Origin: a virus
Lineage: Duplodnaviria > Caudoviricetes
Length of the DNA stretch: 30,717 nt
Strand: one strand, 5' to 3'
Virus record (IMG/VR): IMGVR_UViG_3300006916_000214
Location: 1 to 30,717 of that record
The notes under the pieces are model-generated. The model made no database searches, had not been told where the DNA came from, and worked only from the letters and a program-made list of their open reading frames with translations. Of the stretch, positions 18,134-26,831 are shown piece by piece. Every line of letters begins with the position of its first letter. Position 1 is the first letter of the stretch. The position numbers were made by a program, and so were the translations under genes.

Positions 18134-18525
18134 TGAGTTTTACCTTTAATCTTTTCGAAAGTACGTAGTCCACCAAGACCTAGCATACCCATCAATACAG
18201 TCATAAGAGTTTCCATATCAAATGTAGGCAATTCAGGAATATCTACTGCAAACCAGCTCACAGCAAACAGTGTAATAGGTAGACCTACAAAATGCCAAAA
18301 TAAAGCAACGCCACAAGTCCAACCAATAAATGGACGCCAACCAGCCACGAAAATATTTCGATGCGACGCTTCAGCTTTGTTAATTTCAAGTTGACCTTTT
18401 GCCAGATCATGGGCGTGTTTTTCCGCCATCGTTGCAAGATCATGGGCAAGTGCAGCCTTTTGATCTTTATCTTCTATAAATTTATCCAGCAATCCTGTTA
18501 CTGGTCCAATAAGAGCCTGTATCAT
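18130..18525 (-). CDS. Holin, 3TM (GTA-holin type)
   Basis: Motifs EINKAEA, FVAGWRPFIGWTCG and MGMLGLGGLRTFEK; hydrophobic segments; ATGA overlap with the lysozyme gene. Confidence 0.85.
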   Translation of the reverse strand: MIQALIGPVTGLLDKFIEDKDQKAALAHDLATMAEKHAHDLAKGQLEINKAEASHRNIFVAGWRPFIGWTCGVALFWHFVGLPITLFAVSWFAVDIPELPTFDMETLMTVLMGMLGLGGLRTFEKIKGKTQ

Positions 18526-18977
18526 CCTGTCCTCCTACTATGTTCTAATCCAAGCCATACAAAAAATACAATAACCAAACCAAACAACACTATAAGAGTA
18601 CTAATCAAAGCAATCTCGCCAATAAACGCTATTCGCTTTTTACGAGCCTCTTTCTCTTGCTGTCGTTTTACTCGAGCCTGACCTTGAAACCTAACCCAAT
18701 CATTCCATAGACCAGGTCTTCCAGCATAGATCATGTATTGTTTTAGCTCTTCTTCTTGTTGCCGTATTTTTTCTAGTGCCATAAACTCTTCTAAGTCATC
18801 TGCCTTTTGGCTATTGAATAGAGAGTTTTTACGGCGATTTCCTTTCTTTTGCAAGTCCTCTTTTGCATTCACAAACTTTGAAATAGCTGACGCGCAGTCT
18901 GCGATTTCTTTACCGTTTGAGACAGCCTTCTTAATTACAGCAAAGGCCGCGTTAGCTGCTGCGAGTTCTGCAAGCAT
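18522..18977 (-). CDS. Hypothetical protein with C-terminal transmembrane helix (lysis-cassette associated)
   Basis: 151 aa, soluble helical N-terminal part, basic patch followed by IALISTLIVLFGLVIVFFVWLGL. Confidence 0.7.
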   Translation of the reverse strand: MLAELAAANAAFAVIKKAVSNGKEIADCASAISKFVNAKEDLQKKGNRRKNSLFNSQKADDLEEFMALEKIRQQEEELKQYMIYAGRPGLWNDWVRFQGQARVKRQQEKEARKKRIAFIGEIALISTLIVLFGLVIVFFVWLGLEHSRRTG

Positions 18978-18987
18978 TTGTATAGCC

Positions 18988-19191
18988 CTAAAGTTTAATT
19001 AACATTGTCGCTGCAAGTGTTACTACAAGAATAGTAGAACCCATAATCATGGCTTCAAGTCGCCACATCCGTTTGTCGAGGCTCTCAAGTTTTCCATGCA
19101 CCATCTCATAGCGGATGGCACATTCCTTCTCGTGAGCATCTAGTTCCATCTGAACCTTTAGTTCAGGTTCTAGTTGCTGTGACATTTTCAT
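18988..19191 (-). CDS. Small coiled-coil protein with C-terminal TM helix (XhlA/holin-accessory-like)
   Basis: 67 aa; HEKECAIRY..V..KLESLDKRMWRLE followed by a hydrophobic tail; GAGG RBS. Confidence 0.65.
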   Translation of the reverse strand: MKMSQQLEPELKVQMELDAHEKECAIRYEMVHGKLESLDKRMWRLEAMIMGSTILVVTLAATMLIKL

Positions 19192-19199
19192 CTATGACC

Positions 19200-19538
19200 T
19201 CACGGCTTCGTAGGCCAGACTACAGTGTCTAGCGAAGTGTAGGTATCTGTAATGTCACGCAGTGCTTGACGATAGTCTCGCTGTGCTTGCGTTGCTGTAC
19301 GGTCTGGTAAAACCCACCAATCAGTCTCTGCCAAAAGACGATTACGTTCTTTACGCAATTCGTTCAGAGGCTTTTCAGCAATGACAGTATCCAATGCGGT
19401 TTGAATTGCGGCTTGTGTGGGCTGAGTTCTGTCATCTTCCCAAACGATTGTGCTGATGTCTTCGTTCTGAACTGTAAATGAAGCGTTAGGAACAAGGGAG
19501 CGAACAGCCTTTAGAATATCTAAGTTTGTTATTGTCAT
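19200..19538 (-). CDS. Tail fibre assembly chaperone-like protein
   Basis: Signature LRKERNRLLAETDWW...YRQALRDIT...WPTKP. Confidence 0.85.
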   Translation of the reverse strand: MTITNLDILKAVRSLVPNASFTVQNEDISTIVWEDDRTQPTQAAIQTALDTVIAEKPLNELRKERNRLLAETDWWVLPDRTATQAQRDYRQALRDITDTYTSLDTVVWPTKP

Positions 19539-20437
19539 CCCTCAAACTCCATAATCAAAATCTGACATTTATTGTTGCCGTGACCAAAATCAAATGTGCC
19601 ACCAGAGCCTGTCATCGCTCCTTGTAGTTTGTAAGTAACAGCACTTGTAGTATTTGGGTGGTCAATCAGCCAGTTACTTGAACTTTCGTGTTGAGTGCTT
19701 GCGTTGCCAGCAACCCGCTCATTTAGGTAAATTTGTGTGCCGTTTCTTAGGACACGACCTTTTGCATCGCCGTTTGGCTGAAAATACCCCCCCCACCGAG
19801 CCATAATAAGAAAGCGGCTATCAGTAGATAATGGGGTTAATGAGATTGAACACCCAGCAATATCGGCCCAACTGTTGTTAGTCTTTATCATTGTGCCGCT
19901 TTGTTGGGCAAAGTTTCTGCGGAACGAATATGTTGTTAAAACTTTTTCCCAAGGGTGCTGGGTTGTTCCCTGCTTTGCGCGAATGGAAAACCGACCAACA
20001 GTGCCACCATCCTGACTACCACGAGTATCTGTGAACCATAGTTGCGCGGCTCTTGAGTTCGTAGCATCGTCGCTCGTGCCACCTAGACCTTCAGTGCTAA
20101 AGTTAAGAACAACAGAATTGACGCCTTGCATTGGGGCGTTTGTATGTGAACTGCCCAAAGCGTAGGAAATAGAATTGGGACTGACAGTGTGCCAGTCGGC
20201 ATTTGTTTCGTCAGCATTGTTCTTCAAATTTAGCTGAAGCCTGTTATTCAGTGTTAAATCACCAGTCGTATTGATGTCACCAGTGCCAGTAATATCGTTG
20301 GAATTTAGGTCAAGATTGCCACCAAGCTGGGGCGTAGTGTCATTCACCAAGTCTGCCGCAGGGACGTTATCTAATGCCCCTGCAACGATATCCCCGTTGG
20401 CATCAACGAGGTTTGCAATGTCTCTTGCTCTAGTCAT
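19535..20437 (-). CDS. Tail fibre/adhesin protein
   Basis: Start moved to ATG 20437 (MTRARDIA) behind GGAGG; 300 aa. DTTPQLGGNLDLN fibre motif; C-terminal beta-sandwich ending TYKLQ...ILIMEFEG. Confidence 0.75.
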   Translation of the reverse strand: MTRARDIANLVDANGDIVAGALDNVPAADLVNDTTPQLGGNLDLNSNDITGTGDINTTGDLTLNNRLQLNLKNNADETNADWHTVSPNSISYALGSSHTNAPMQGVNSVVLNFSTEGLGGTSDDATNSRAAQLWFTDTRGSQDGGTVGRFSIRAKQGTTQHPWEKVLTTYSFRRNFAQQSGTMIKTNNSWADIAGCSISLTPLSTDSRFLIMARWGGYFQPNGDAKGRVLRNGTQIYLNERVAGNASTQHESSSNWLIDHPNTTSAVTYKLQGAMTGSGGTFDFGHGNNKCQILIMEFEG

Positions 20438-20786
20438 TTGCCGCCTCCCATGATTGATTTTCTTCGTTCCATGAATAATAATTATTATCAGTAGGCATTG
20501 CAACAGGAGCTTCCCAACGACATGTTGTTTCGTTTAATGTCCAACTTGCATAAGGCTGAGAAGGATAAAATGCATCTAATTCACGATCATATGTATAGCC
20601 AATCGCTGCATAGTTTTTTCTTAAAGGAATTCCGCCATCAGAATGAACGCCATTAACAGTATTATAACTAGTTTGTACGTATTCAATATTTGGTTCGTTA
20701 GCAAATTTATTAACGTATTCTTCGTCTGCAACGATTACGTTAACAACTTTCATATTATGTAATGTTACTTTTGCGTAATGTGCCAT
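20430..20786 (-). CDS. Hypothetical protein of the type usually found after Gly-rich fibre genes
   Basis: 118 aa; MAHYAKV, VVNVIVAD, QTSYN, RKNYAAIGYTYD..LDAF, PYASWTLNETTCRWEAP. Confidence 0.75.
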   Translation of the reverse strand: MAHYAKVTLHNMKVVNVIVADEEYVNKFANEPNIEYVQTSYNTVNGVHSDGGIPLRKNYAAIGYTYDRELDAFYPSQPYASWTLNETTCRWEAPVAMPTDNNYYSWNEENQSWEAAND

Positions 20787-22369
20787 TATACTGCATACCT
20801 CACTACTACAATTCCACTGCCGCCGTTTGTGCCATTTGTCTGAGTGCCATTTCTTTCAAGACCGCCACCGCCGCCGCCAGTATTTACGCCGCCATTAGTA
20901 CCAGTATGATCAGTAGCACCATTTCCACCGCCACCAGCACCGCCAGAACCAACGTTAGCAGCTGATGATCCTCCGCCACCTCCAGCATAATAAATATTTG
21001 ATCCTGTGCGGAAATTATTTTGAATTCCAGCTCCACCATCTCCGCCTTTAGCGTTACTTTGTTGAGCATCTTGTCCGCGTGCGCCAGCTCCACCGCCACC
21101 ACCAGCGGCCCAATCCGCAACATTGTAAGCTGTTAGGTTTCCATCACCACCATCGTTTCCGTAGTGTGTATATCCTGTTACCGCGCCTTGAATAGTATGA
21201 CCGTTGCGAGTTGAAGCAAGGTTGCCATTACCTGCACCACCTCCTCCACAACCACCATCGTTTCCTGGAGTGTTTTGATAAGTGCCACCAGCACCTCCAC
21301 CAAGAGCAACTGCAGTATCAAACGAAGAATTTCCTCCGTTTTGACCGTTATCAGTAGTATCCCCTTGTACTGTACCACCAGCACCACCAGCACCTACGAC
21401 TACGTTGTATTGGCCTGGAGAAACATTAACATTTGTTCCAACTAAAACTGCACCACCGCCAGCTCCACCATTATGATATTGAGTAGCACCTGTGCCGCCG
21501 CCTGCTGCAACAATAAGAATATCAACATTGCCAGCTGCACCTGTTACTGTAAAAGTTCCACTTGAAGTAAAAGTGTGTACTTTATATCCTGAATAAGTCG
21601 ATTCAGTGCCGCCTTCAGCTTTGAACGAATTAGACATTGTTATCCATTCAGTTCCATTCCAATGGACTACTTCATTTGTACCAGAATTATAATATATTTC
21701 ACCAGTAGTAGGTGAACTTGGGGCAGAAGACTGCGGGTTAAGTTTTACAGTGTTTGAAGTAACGCTACTACTTGATGTAATGCTAGGCGCACTTAGTCCA
21801 CCCGTCATAGTATCGCCAGACTTTTTAACCATATCTGCCAATACAAACTTTTCATACACTACAATTTCTACAAGTTGACCAGCAGTAAGAGCAGTAAGAC
21901 CACCTACTGTGTTTGCTACTGTAGTATTATAGTCATCACCTTGCTTTAGTGATACACCATTAAGTCGTACGTCTATCTGCGCTCCAGCAGTAAATGTAAT
22001 AGTAGCACCGTTGTCATCTGTACCACTTATGCTTGTTTCACCGCCAGTAGCCGTGACGTAATACTTTGTACGTTGTGCTTCACTGTTTGTTTTAGCAAGA
22101 CTATAAATGTCATACACGATTACTTCAAGTACATCATTAGCAGCTAGTGCAGCAAGTCCTGAAATAGTATTAGCAGTAGCTGTGTTATAGTCTGATCCAG
22201 CAACAAGAAGACTACCGTTAAGGTATACGTCTACGTACTCACCATCTTCAAACTTTAGTGTAAGACCATTATCATCTGCACCTGATTTAGAGGTTTCACT
22301 GCCTGTAGCAGTATAATAATAACGTTGTCTAACCCCTAACTTTCCAGGAGATTTTCCTATATATGGCAT
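20786..22369 (-). CDS. Tail fibre protein with duplicated N-terminal beta domain and C-terminal glycine-rich domain
   Basis: 527 aa; MPYIGKSP start, two 79-aa repeats, KKSGDTMTGGL, and YKVHTFTSSGTF...GGGGG...GGSGIVVVRY Gly-rich domain. Confidence 0.8.
   Translation of the reverse strand: MPYIGKSPGKLGVRQRYYYTATGSETSKSGADDNGLTLKFEDGEYVDVYLNGSLLVAGSDYNTATANTISGLAALAANDVLEVIVYDIYSLAKTNSEAQRTKYYVTATGGETSISGTDDNGATITFTAGAQIDVRLNGVSLKQGDDYNTTVANTVGGLTALTAGQLVEIVVYEKFVLADMVKKSGDTMTGGLSAPSITSSSSVTSNTVKLNPQSSAPSSPTTGEIYYNSGTNEVVHWNGTEWITMSNSFKAEGGTESTYSGYKVHTFTSSGTFTVTGAAGNVDILIVAAGGGTGATQYHNGGAGGGAVLVGTNVNVSPGQYNVVVGAGGAGGTVQGDTTDNGQNGGNSSFDTAVALGGGAGGTYQNTPGNDGGCGGGGAGNGNLASTRNGHTIQGAVTGYTHYGNDGGDGNLTAYNVADWAAGGGGGAGARGQDAQQSNAKGGDGGAGIQNNFRTGSNIYYAGGGGGSSAANVGSGGAGGGGNGATDHTGTNGGVNTGGGGGGLERNGTQTNGTNGGSGIVVVRYAV
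21836..22330 (-). repeat. Two diverged intragenic 79-codon repeats (aa 14-92 and 100-178)
   Basis: RQRYYYTATGSETSKSGADDNG...VDVYLNG..L..GSDYNT..ANT aligns with RTKYYVTATGGETSISGTDDNG...IDVRLNG..L..GDDYNT..ANT. Confidence 0.9.
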
Positions 22370-22378
22370 TTAAACCTC

Positions 22379-22969
22379 CTATGTTTTTGCAAATTCAATA
22401 ACTTGAATGGTTGGGTCAGAATGTTCTCCCCAAAACATATAATTAGCACCATTGTAAGCCTTTAACGCGTATGTATATGTTCCTGCAGTTAAATTATCAT
22501 CCCAATGATGCGGATGAAAATTATCATTCCAACCTGATTGTTCAACTGAAATAGTACTAGTGCCAATCATAGAAGTTCCTCTAAACAAGGCAACCCATTG
22601 CCATCCATCAGTTCCATTAACGTTTTGATCTGCATTAGCCATTACTAGACAACTAGAGCCTTCTCTAACAGTAATACTAACATCTACAATTGTTGTCCAA
22701 CTACTAGAATTAATTGTTACTCCAGTTATTTGTCCTTGGACTCGTTGTCTTTGAACTCGCATTGATTCACCAGATAATTTAAAGTTACCTAAAACATCAA
22801 TATCTGTTGCAGAAACGTTTCCTGTTCCTGAAATATTAAAATTATTAAGGCTTAAATTACCACCTAGTTGAGGGGTTGTGTCAAGCGATAAATCAAGGTT
22901 GCTAAGGTGTCCTGACTTGACATCTCCTGATGTATCAAGCAAATCGGCAAGATGTCTAGCGTTACTCAT
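22379..22969 (-). CDS. Short tail fibre/adhesin protein
   Basis: 196 aa. N-terminus MSNARHLADLLD...DTTPQLGGNL is paralogous to 19535..20437; C-terminal beta-sandwich ending TYTYALKA...IQVIEF. Confidence 0.75.
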   Translation of the reverse strand: MSNARHLADLLDTSGDVKSGHLSNLDLSLDTTPQLGGNLSLNNFNISGTGNVSATDIDVLGNFKLSGESMRVQRQRVQGQITGVTINSSSWTTIVDVSITVREGSSCLVMANADQNVNGTDGWQWVALFRGTSMIGTSTISVEQSGWNDNFHPHHWDDNLTAGTYTYALKAYNGANYMFWGEHSDPTIQVIEFAKT

Positions 22970-22980
22970 TTAACTCTCCT

Positions 22981-23382
22981 TTAAGGCTTAGTAGGCCAAG
23001 TGATTCCTTGTAATTCACCATTACTATTAAGTGTAGGTGTTTGTGTAGTAATATCTCGAAGTGCTTGACGATAAGTAGTTTGATCATCTGTCATAGTATG
23101 ATCCGAACCAGCCCACCAATCAGTTTCTGCAATACGCCTATTACGCTCTTCACGAAGAAGACGCGTTGGTTCTGCGGCTACAAGTTCATCCTTCTTGGCT
23201 GATACTTGTGTCCATGTGACACCCCAATCAGATGGGTTGTCGCTTTCGATTGCTGTTCCGTTGGCGTCTGCGCCAGTTACTTTGCGGAACATTGAGTTAA
23301 ACTCAGCTTCAGTAGTAGGTTCTCCGCGTAATACCCACTCTGTAATATTAAGCTCAGTAAGAGCCTTTGCGACATCTGTCAT
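22981..23382 (-). CDS. Tail fibre assembly chaperone-like protein
   Basis: Signature LREERNRRIAETDWW...YRQALRDIT...WPTKP. Confidence 0.85.
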   Translation of the reverse strand: MTDVAKALTELNITEWVLRGEPTTEAEFNSMFRKVTGADANGTAIESDNPSDWGVTWTQVSAKKDELVAAEPTRLLREERNRRIAETDWWAGSDHTMTDDQTTYRQALRDITTQTPTLNSNGELQGITWPTKP

Positions 23383-23394
23383 TGATTTCTCCTG

Positions 23395-23901
23395 TTATCC
23401 TATTAAATGCCCGTGAAAACCGCCATGAGTTCTATAGTATGAGCCAGCTGGACTACTAGTAGTTTTTATTCGCACGTCAACAGTATCATTAACGTTGCAA
23501 TCAAGAATTACTGATCCAGAAACATTTTGTTCTGTAGTTCCTGTGATTGCTCTATATTGCGGCAATTTCTCTGTGCCATTTAAGTGAAATGATATGTTAC
23601 TAGACATACTTGAAAGTTGAAGAACACTCATATTAAACAAATAAATTCCAGCAATTGGTACTACATATTGATCATTTGTAAAATTAAACGCATTATGACT
23701 GTCATAGTTTGTAGAATCATATGGTAATTTTACATAAGAAGCAGTAGCAGCAATTGACGCAGGACTATTATGATAAACACTAAATGCTACAGCTTTACTT
23801 GTTAGTACTTGAGGCATATTTATATTACCGCTACTATCAATGCTTAGTGCATTAGTACCAGTTGCATTTTGAATAGCATCAACTTTAATAATACTGCTCA
23901 T
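23395..23901 (-). CDS. Small fibre head protein with C1q-like domain
   Basis: MSSIIKVDAI start; AFSV...LPYD....D..NAF....YVVPIAGIYLF...DTVDV...FHGHLIG C1q pattern. Confidence 0.75.
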   Translation of the reverse strand: MSSIIKVDAIQNATGTNALSIDSSGNINMPQVLTSKAVAFSVYHNSPASIAATASYVKLPYDSTNYDSHNAFNFTNDQYVVPIAGIYLFNMSVLQLSSMSSNISFHLNGTEKLPQYRAITGTTEQNVSGSVILDCNVNDTVDVRIKTTSSPAGSYYRTHGGFHGHLIG

Positions 23902-24446
23902 CCTGCTATCTCCATTGCTGTAAATTTCAGCGGAATGATGTCATTCCTCATTCGTGCTAGTTGGTTGGCATTTTGATTTCTGACATACACTCTGTAGCGA
24001 TGTGTTTGGGTGCTGGAAATCGCATCATAGAATTGCATTTCCTGACCAATAATTATTCGTTCACCAGTGTCGTGAACCCTAGCTAGAGCGTCATAATTGT
24101 TAGAGTTATTGGGCGTTACATTAGTGTATGAGCCGTTGTTTACACTTTTGAAAAAGGTGTACATAGCCCTGTAATCAGTACCCGCATTGTCGGTGTTGAT
24201 TACGGCTGTCAGCAGAATGTAGGAGTTAGCGAACTTAGGTGTGATTGTAAGTTCGCTTTCTGTACCGCCGCTAACCCAACTGTTTGAGCTTGCTTGGATT
24301 TGACTGCCAGACACATTACCAGAATAGACATCAGACGATGTGCGGTGAACAACTTGAATGACACTACCTGTCGGCAACGTCAGGTTAGGCGCACTAATCT
24401 TGCTCTGGAGATTAGGCGCAATGTTATCTACATATATAGTTGTCAT
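23898..24446 (-). CDS. Small fibre head protein (GxVxQVV...MEIA class)
   Basis: MTTIYVDNI start; GSVIQVV, ITPKFANSYILL, and MEIAG end. Confidence 0.7.
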   Translation of the reverse strand: MTTIYVDNIAPNLQSKISAPNLTLPTGSVIQVVHRTSSDVYSGNVSGSQIQASSNSWVSGGTESELTITPKFANSYILLTAVINTDNAGTDYRAMYTFFKSVNNGSYTNVTPNNSNNYDALARVHDTGERIIIGQEMQFYDAISSTQTHRYRVYVRNQNANQLARMRNDIIPLKFTAMEIAG

Positions 24447-25006
24447 TGTGCAATCTCCATTACTGTTACAAAGGCTTGGCCTGTATTGTCATTTACCCTA
24501 GCGTTTCCAGTTCCAGCCCCTCTATTAAACCAATGAGAAAAGTAAAGAGTGTCCGTAGTAGAATAAGCGTCATACCAAGTTACTGTATTACCTCTCGTAA
24601 TTATGTAACCGCTGTTATCGTTTCTATAAGACTCATCGTGGCTAAATGATTCAACAGGGTTGTTAGTCACAAAATTATCCGTGCTAACATACGCCTTTAC
24701 TCCCATTCGGGTGTTACCTTGTACCGCCGCACCATAAGTAAATGTGATAAGCATTTTACTGTTAGCTTGTTTTGGGGTAATCGTGACTCGATAGTCAGGA
24801 GTTATTTCTGAGTAAGAAGCAGAAGTTGCAGCACTACCACCAGTTCTCACATATGTGCTTCTAACAACCTGTAACACACCATTAGTAGGGGTCAGTAAGT
24901 CTCCACCACTAGCATCCAGCGTTACCCCCGAAGGAATAATCACCTTATTAGCATTAGCACCTGTAGTAGGCGCGCTTATTTCATTAACAATTATTTTACT
25001 AGCCAT
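24443..25006 (-). CDS. Small fibre head protein (GxVxQVV...MEIA class)
   Basis: MASKIIVNEI start; GVLQVV, ITPKQANSKMLI, and MEIAQ end. Confidence 0.7.
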   Translation of the reverse strand: MASKIIVNEISAPTTGANANKVIIPSGVTLDASGGDLLTPTNGVLQVVRSTYVRTGGSAATSASYSEITPDYRVTITPKQANSKMLITFTYGAAVQGNTRMGVKAYVSTDNFVTNNPVESFSHDESYRNDNSGYIITRGNTVTWYDAYSTTDTLYFSHWFNRGAGTGNARVNDNTGQAFVTVMEIAQ

Positions 25007-25007
25007 A

Positions 25008-25244
25008 CTACACCACCGTCAAAGTTCCGTTTACTGTTAGCGTTGCGTTAAACGTAAGTGGTCCTGCAGCAAGCGCATTTGTGTTAGCAGGGATAGTTGT
25101 AGCCGTATCAAGAGAAGCTTCGTGTACACGGAAAATATCGCCTTGCCCGTTAGTAACATCCCCAGTGTTACCATTTTCGCCTGTAAAATAACCAGCACCT
25201 AACTGGCCTGATATTCCTTCGGCAGGTATTTTGCTAAGTGCCAT
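25008..25244 (-). CDS. 78-aa fibre 'anchor/connector' protein
   Basis: GGAG RBS. The last 65 aa match the C-terminus of 26824..27360 at 50 of 65 positions by manual alignment. Confidence 0.8.
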   Translation of the reverse strand: MALSKIPAEGISGQLGAGYFTGENGNTGDVTNGQGDIFRVHEASLDTATTIPANTNALAAGPLTFNATLTVNGTLTVV

Positions 25245-25254
25245 GTTGTTCTCC

Positions 25255-25788
25255 TTATCCTAGATACTTGATTGTCATATTATTATGGACATTATTATTA
25301 CCATAGATATCGCCATTAGCAAGGTAATATAGATGCACGTCAAGTATATCATTTACTGCACACTGAACAATAGTGCTAGCAGACACGGTATGTTCTTCTG
25401 CACCATTACTATACTGCCAAACTAAAGACCTGTCTGATGAAGTTGAAGACCAACCAACACTTTGTGGAATTGCGTTTTTACGAATATTTGTCCTATGTCC
25501 ACTTGTACAACCACGAAGAAGATAATTAAAAGAAACTTCATAATATCCTGCTCTTGGACATGTATATCTAGAAGTAGATGTATCATGTGCGTTAGCAGTA
25601 TCAATAGTTATATTATTATAAGGAATAATTCCTGCTGTTGTTAATGTTGTATTTGAATAAGCAGAAAGAATAATTGGTGTTGTAATAATAGGTGGACTAG
25701 GTAATGTTGCTGTTCCATCACTTGCTAGCGTAATTGAATTAGTTCCAGAAGAATTCTGGATGCTATCTACTTTAAGTACTCCTGTCAT
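25255..25788 (-). CDS. Small fibre head protein with C1q-like domain
   Basis: MTGVLKVDSI start; IPYN...IDT.NA....RYTCPRAGYYEV...NDILDV...IKYLG. Confidence 0.75.
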   Translation of the reverse strand: MTGVLKVDSIQNSSGTNSITLASDGTATLPSPPIITTPIILSAYSNTTLTTAGIIPYNNITIDTANAHDTSTSRYTCPRAGYYEVSFNYLLRGCTSGHRTNIRKNAIPQSVGWSSTSSDRSLVWQYSNGAEEHTVSASTIVQCAVNDILDVHLYYLANGDIYGNNNVHNNMTIKYLG

Positions 25789-25798
25789 CCTATCCTCC

Positions 25799-26293
25799 TT
25801 ATCCTAACAAACAACCACTAAAATTACAATGTCCCATATAAAACAAAACATCGCCTACACTGAGCCTTAACCTAACACCAAATGTATCGTTAGCATCTAA
25901 CCCAATAATACATTGTAAACTAGAAGAAGAATTAGCAGGGGTTCTAGCTTCATCAATATCGCCGCCTACATTAAACTGACTTCCGTTACGTTCCCAAGTT
26001 GTGCGGCTTATATTACTAGAACTTCCAGCAAGAAATGTATTGTGAACAAATAAATATAATCCTGTTACTGGTGCTGTAAACAAATATGTTGAAGTTGAGA
26101 ATGCATTGCCAACATTTTGATAGGTTGCATTAAAAGGTAACAAACTTCCAGCAGTTACAGTTGTATCTCCGTTAGTTGATCCTGCATAAAAATGTACTTT
26201 TTGTGAATTTAATACACGACCACTACTATCAATAGTTAATCCAGCAGTACCATTAGTATGCTGGAGAGTTTCAACGCCTAGTATACTTGCCAT
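25799..26293 (-). CDS. Small fibre head protein with C1q-like domain
   Basis: MASILGVETL start; LPFN....NVGNAF....FTAPVTGLYLF...LDANDT...FSGCLLG. Confidence 0.8.
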   Translation of the reverse strand: MASILGVETLQHTNGTAGLTIDSSGRVLNSQKVHFYAGSTNGDTTVTAGSLLPFNATYQNVGNAFSTSTYLFTAPVTGLYLFVHNTFLAGSSSNISRTTWERNGSQFNVGGDIDEARTPANSSSSLQCIIGLDANDTFGVRLRLSVGDVLFYMGHCNFSGCLLG

Positions 26294-26303
26294 TTGAAAT
26301 CTC

Positions 26304-26831
26304 CTATCCTGCTATTTCTGTAAGTGTAATTGTTGAAATATAGTTTCCGCCAACATTATTGTTTTGGTCATTCTCAGCCCTATTAATAAAAATACTTCGA
26401 GAGTTATCATTATTAACAAAAAATGTATAGCTAACTTGTGATGTTGATGCAGGGCTGTCTAAAAAATTAAATGTACCAACTTGACCCTGATTGCCATCAC
26501 CAGTAAAACCTAAAGGAATTGTAGCATTTTGTCGGCTACCTCTTGCATCTCCTAAACTTGCAGAAACAAGTGCGCCATTTCTTTTAAAGTACAATTTATA
26601 TGTTGTTGCTGTACAAGAATAGCTTACGTTTGCTGTAATTAAAATTTTACTTGATGTAGAAAGGGGAGTAATGTTTGCTGCTAAACCACTTATTTCTTTT
26701 TCTACTGTGTTTGATGTAAGTATTTGTGTGTCAGTTTTAGTTACTTGAACAACTTGAACTACATGACCTGGGATATATACACCATTACCTATGGTTTTTT
26801 CATTAATTGTGTCAACATTTAAACTAGACAA
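26304..26831 (-). CDS. Small fibre head protein (GxVxQVV...EIA class)
   Basis: TTG start overlapping the upstream stop; (M)SSLNVDTI, PGHVVQVVQ, ITPLSTSSKILI, LDSPASTSQVSY, and TEIAG end. Confidence 0.75.
   Translation of the reverse strand: MSSLNVDTINEKTIGNGVYIPGHVVQVVQVTKTDTQILTSNTVEKEISGLAANITPLSTSSKILITANVSYSCTATTYKLYFKRNGALVSASLGDARGSRQNATIPLGFTGDGNQGQVGTFNFLDSPASTSQVSYTFFVNNDNSRSIFINRAENDQNNNVGGNYISTITLTEIAG

Noticed and set aside
20438-20503. N-terminal extensions given by the ORF track (also 9168-9233, 15874-15906, 17640-17690, 30703-30714)
   Set aside because: Downstream ATGs have better RBS spacing and/or avoid long overlaps with neighbouring genes; starts were shortened.
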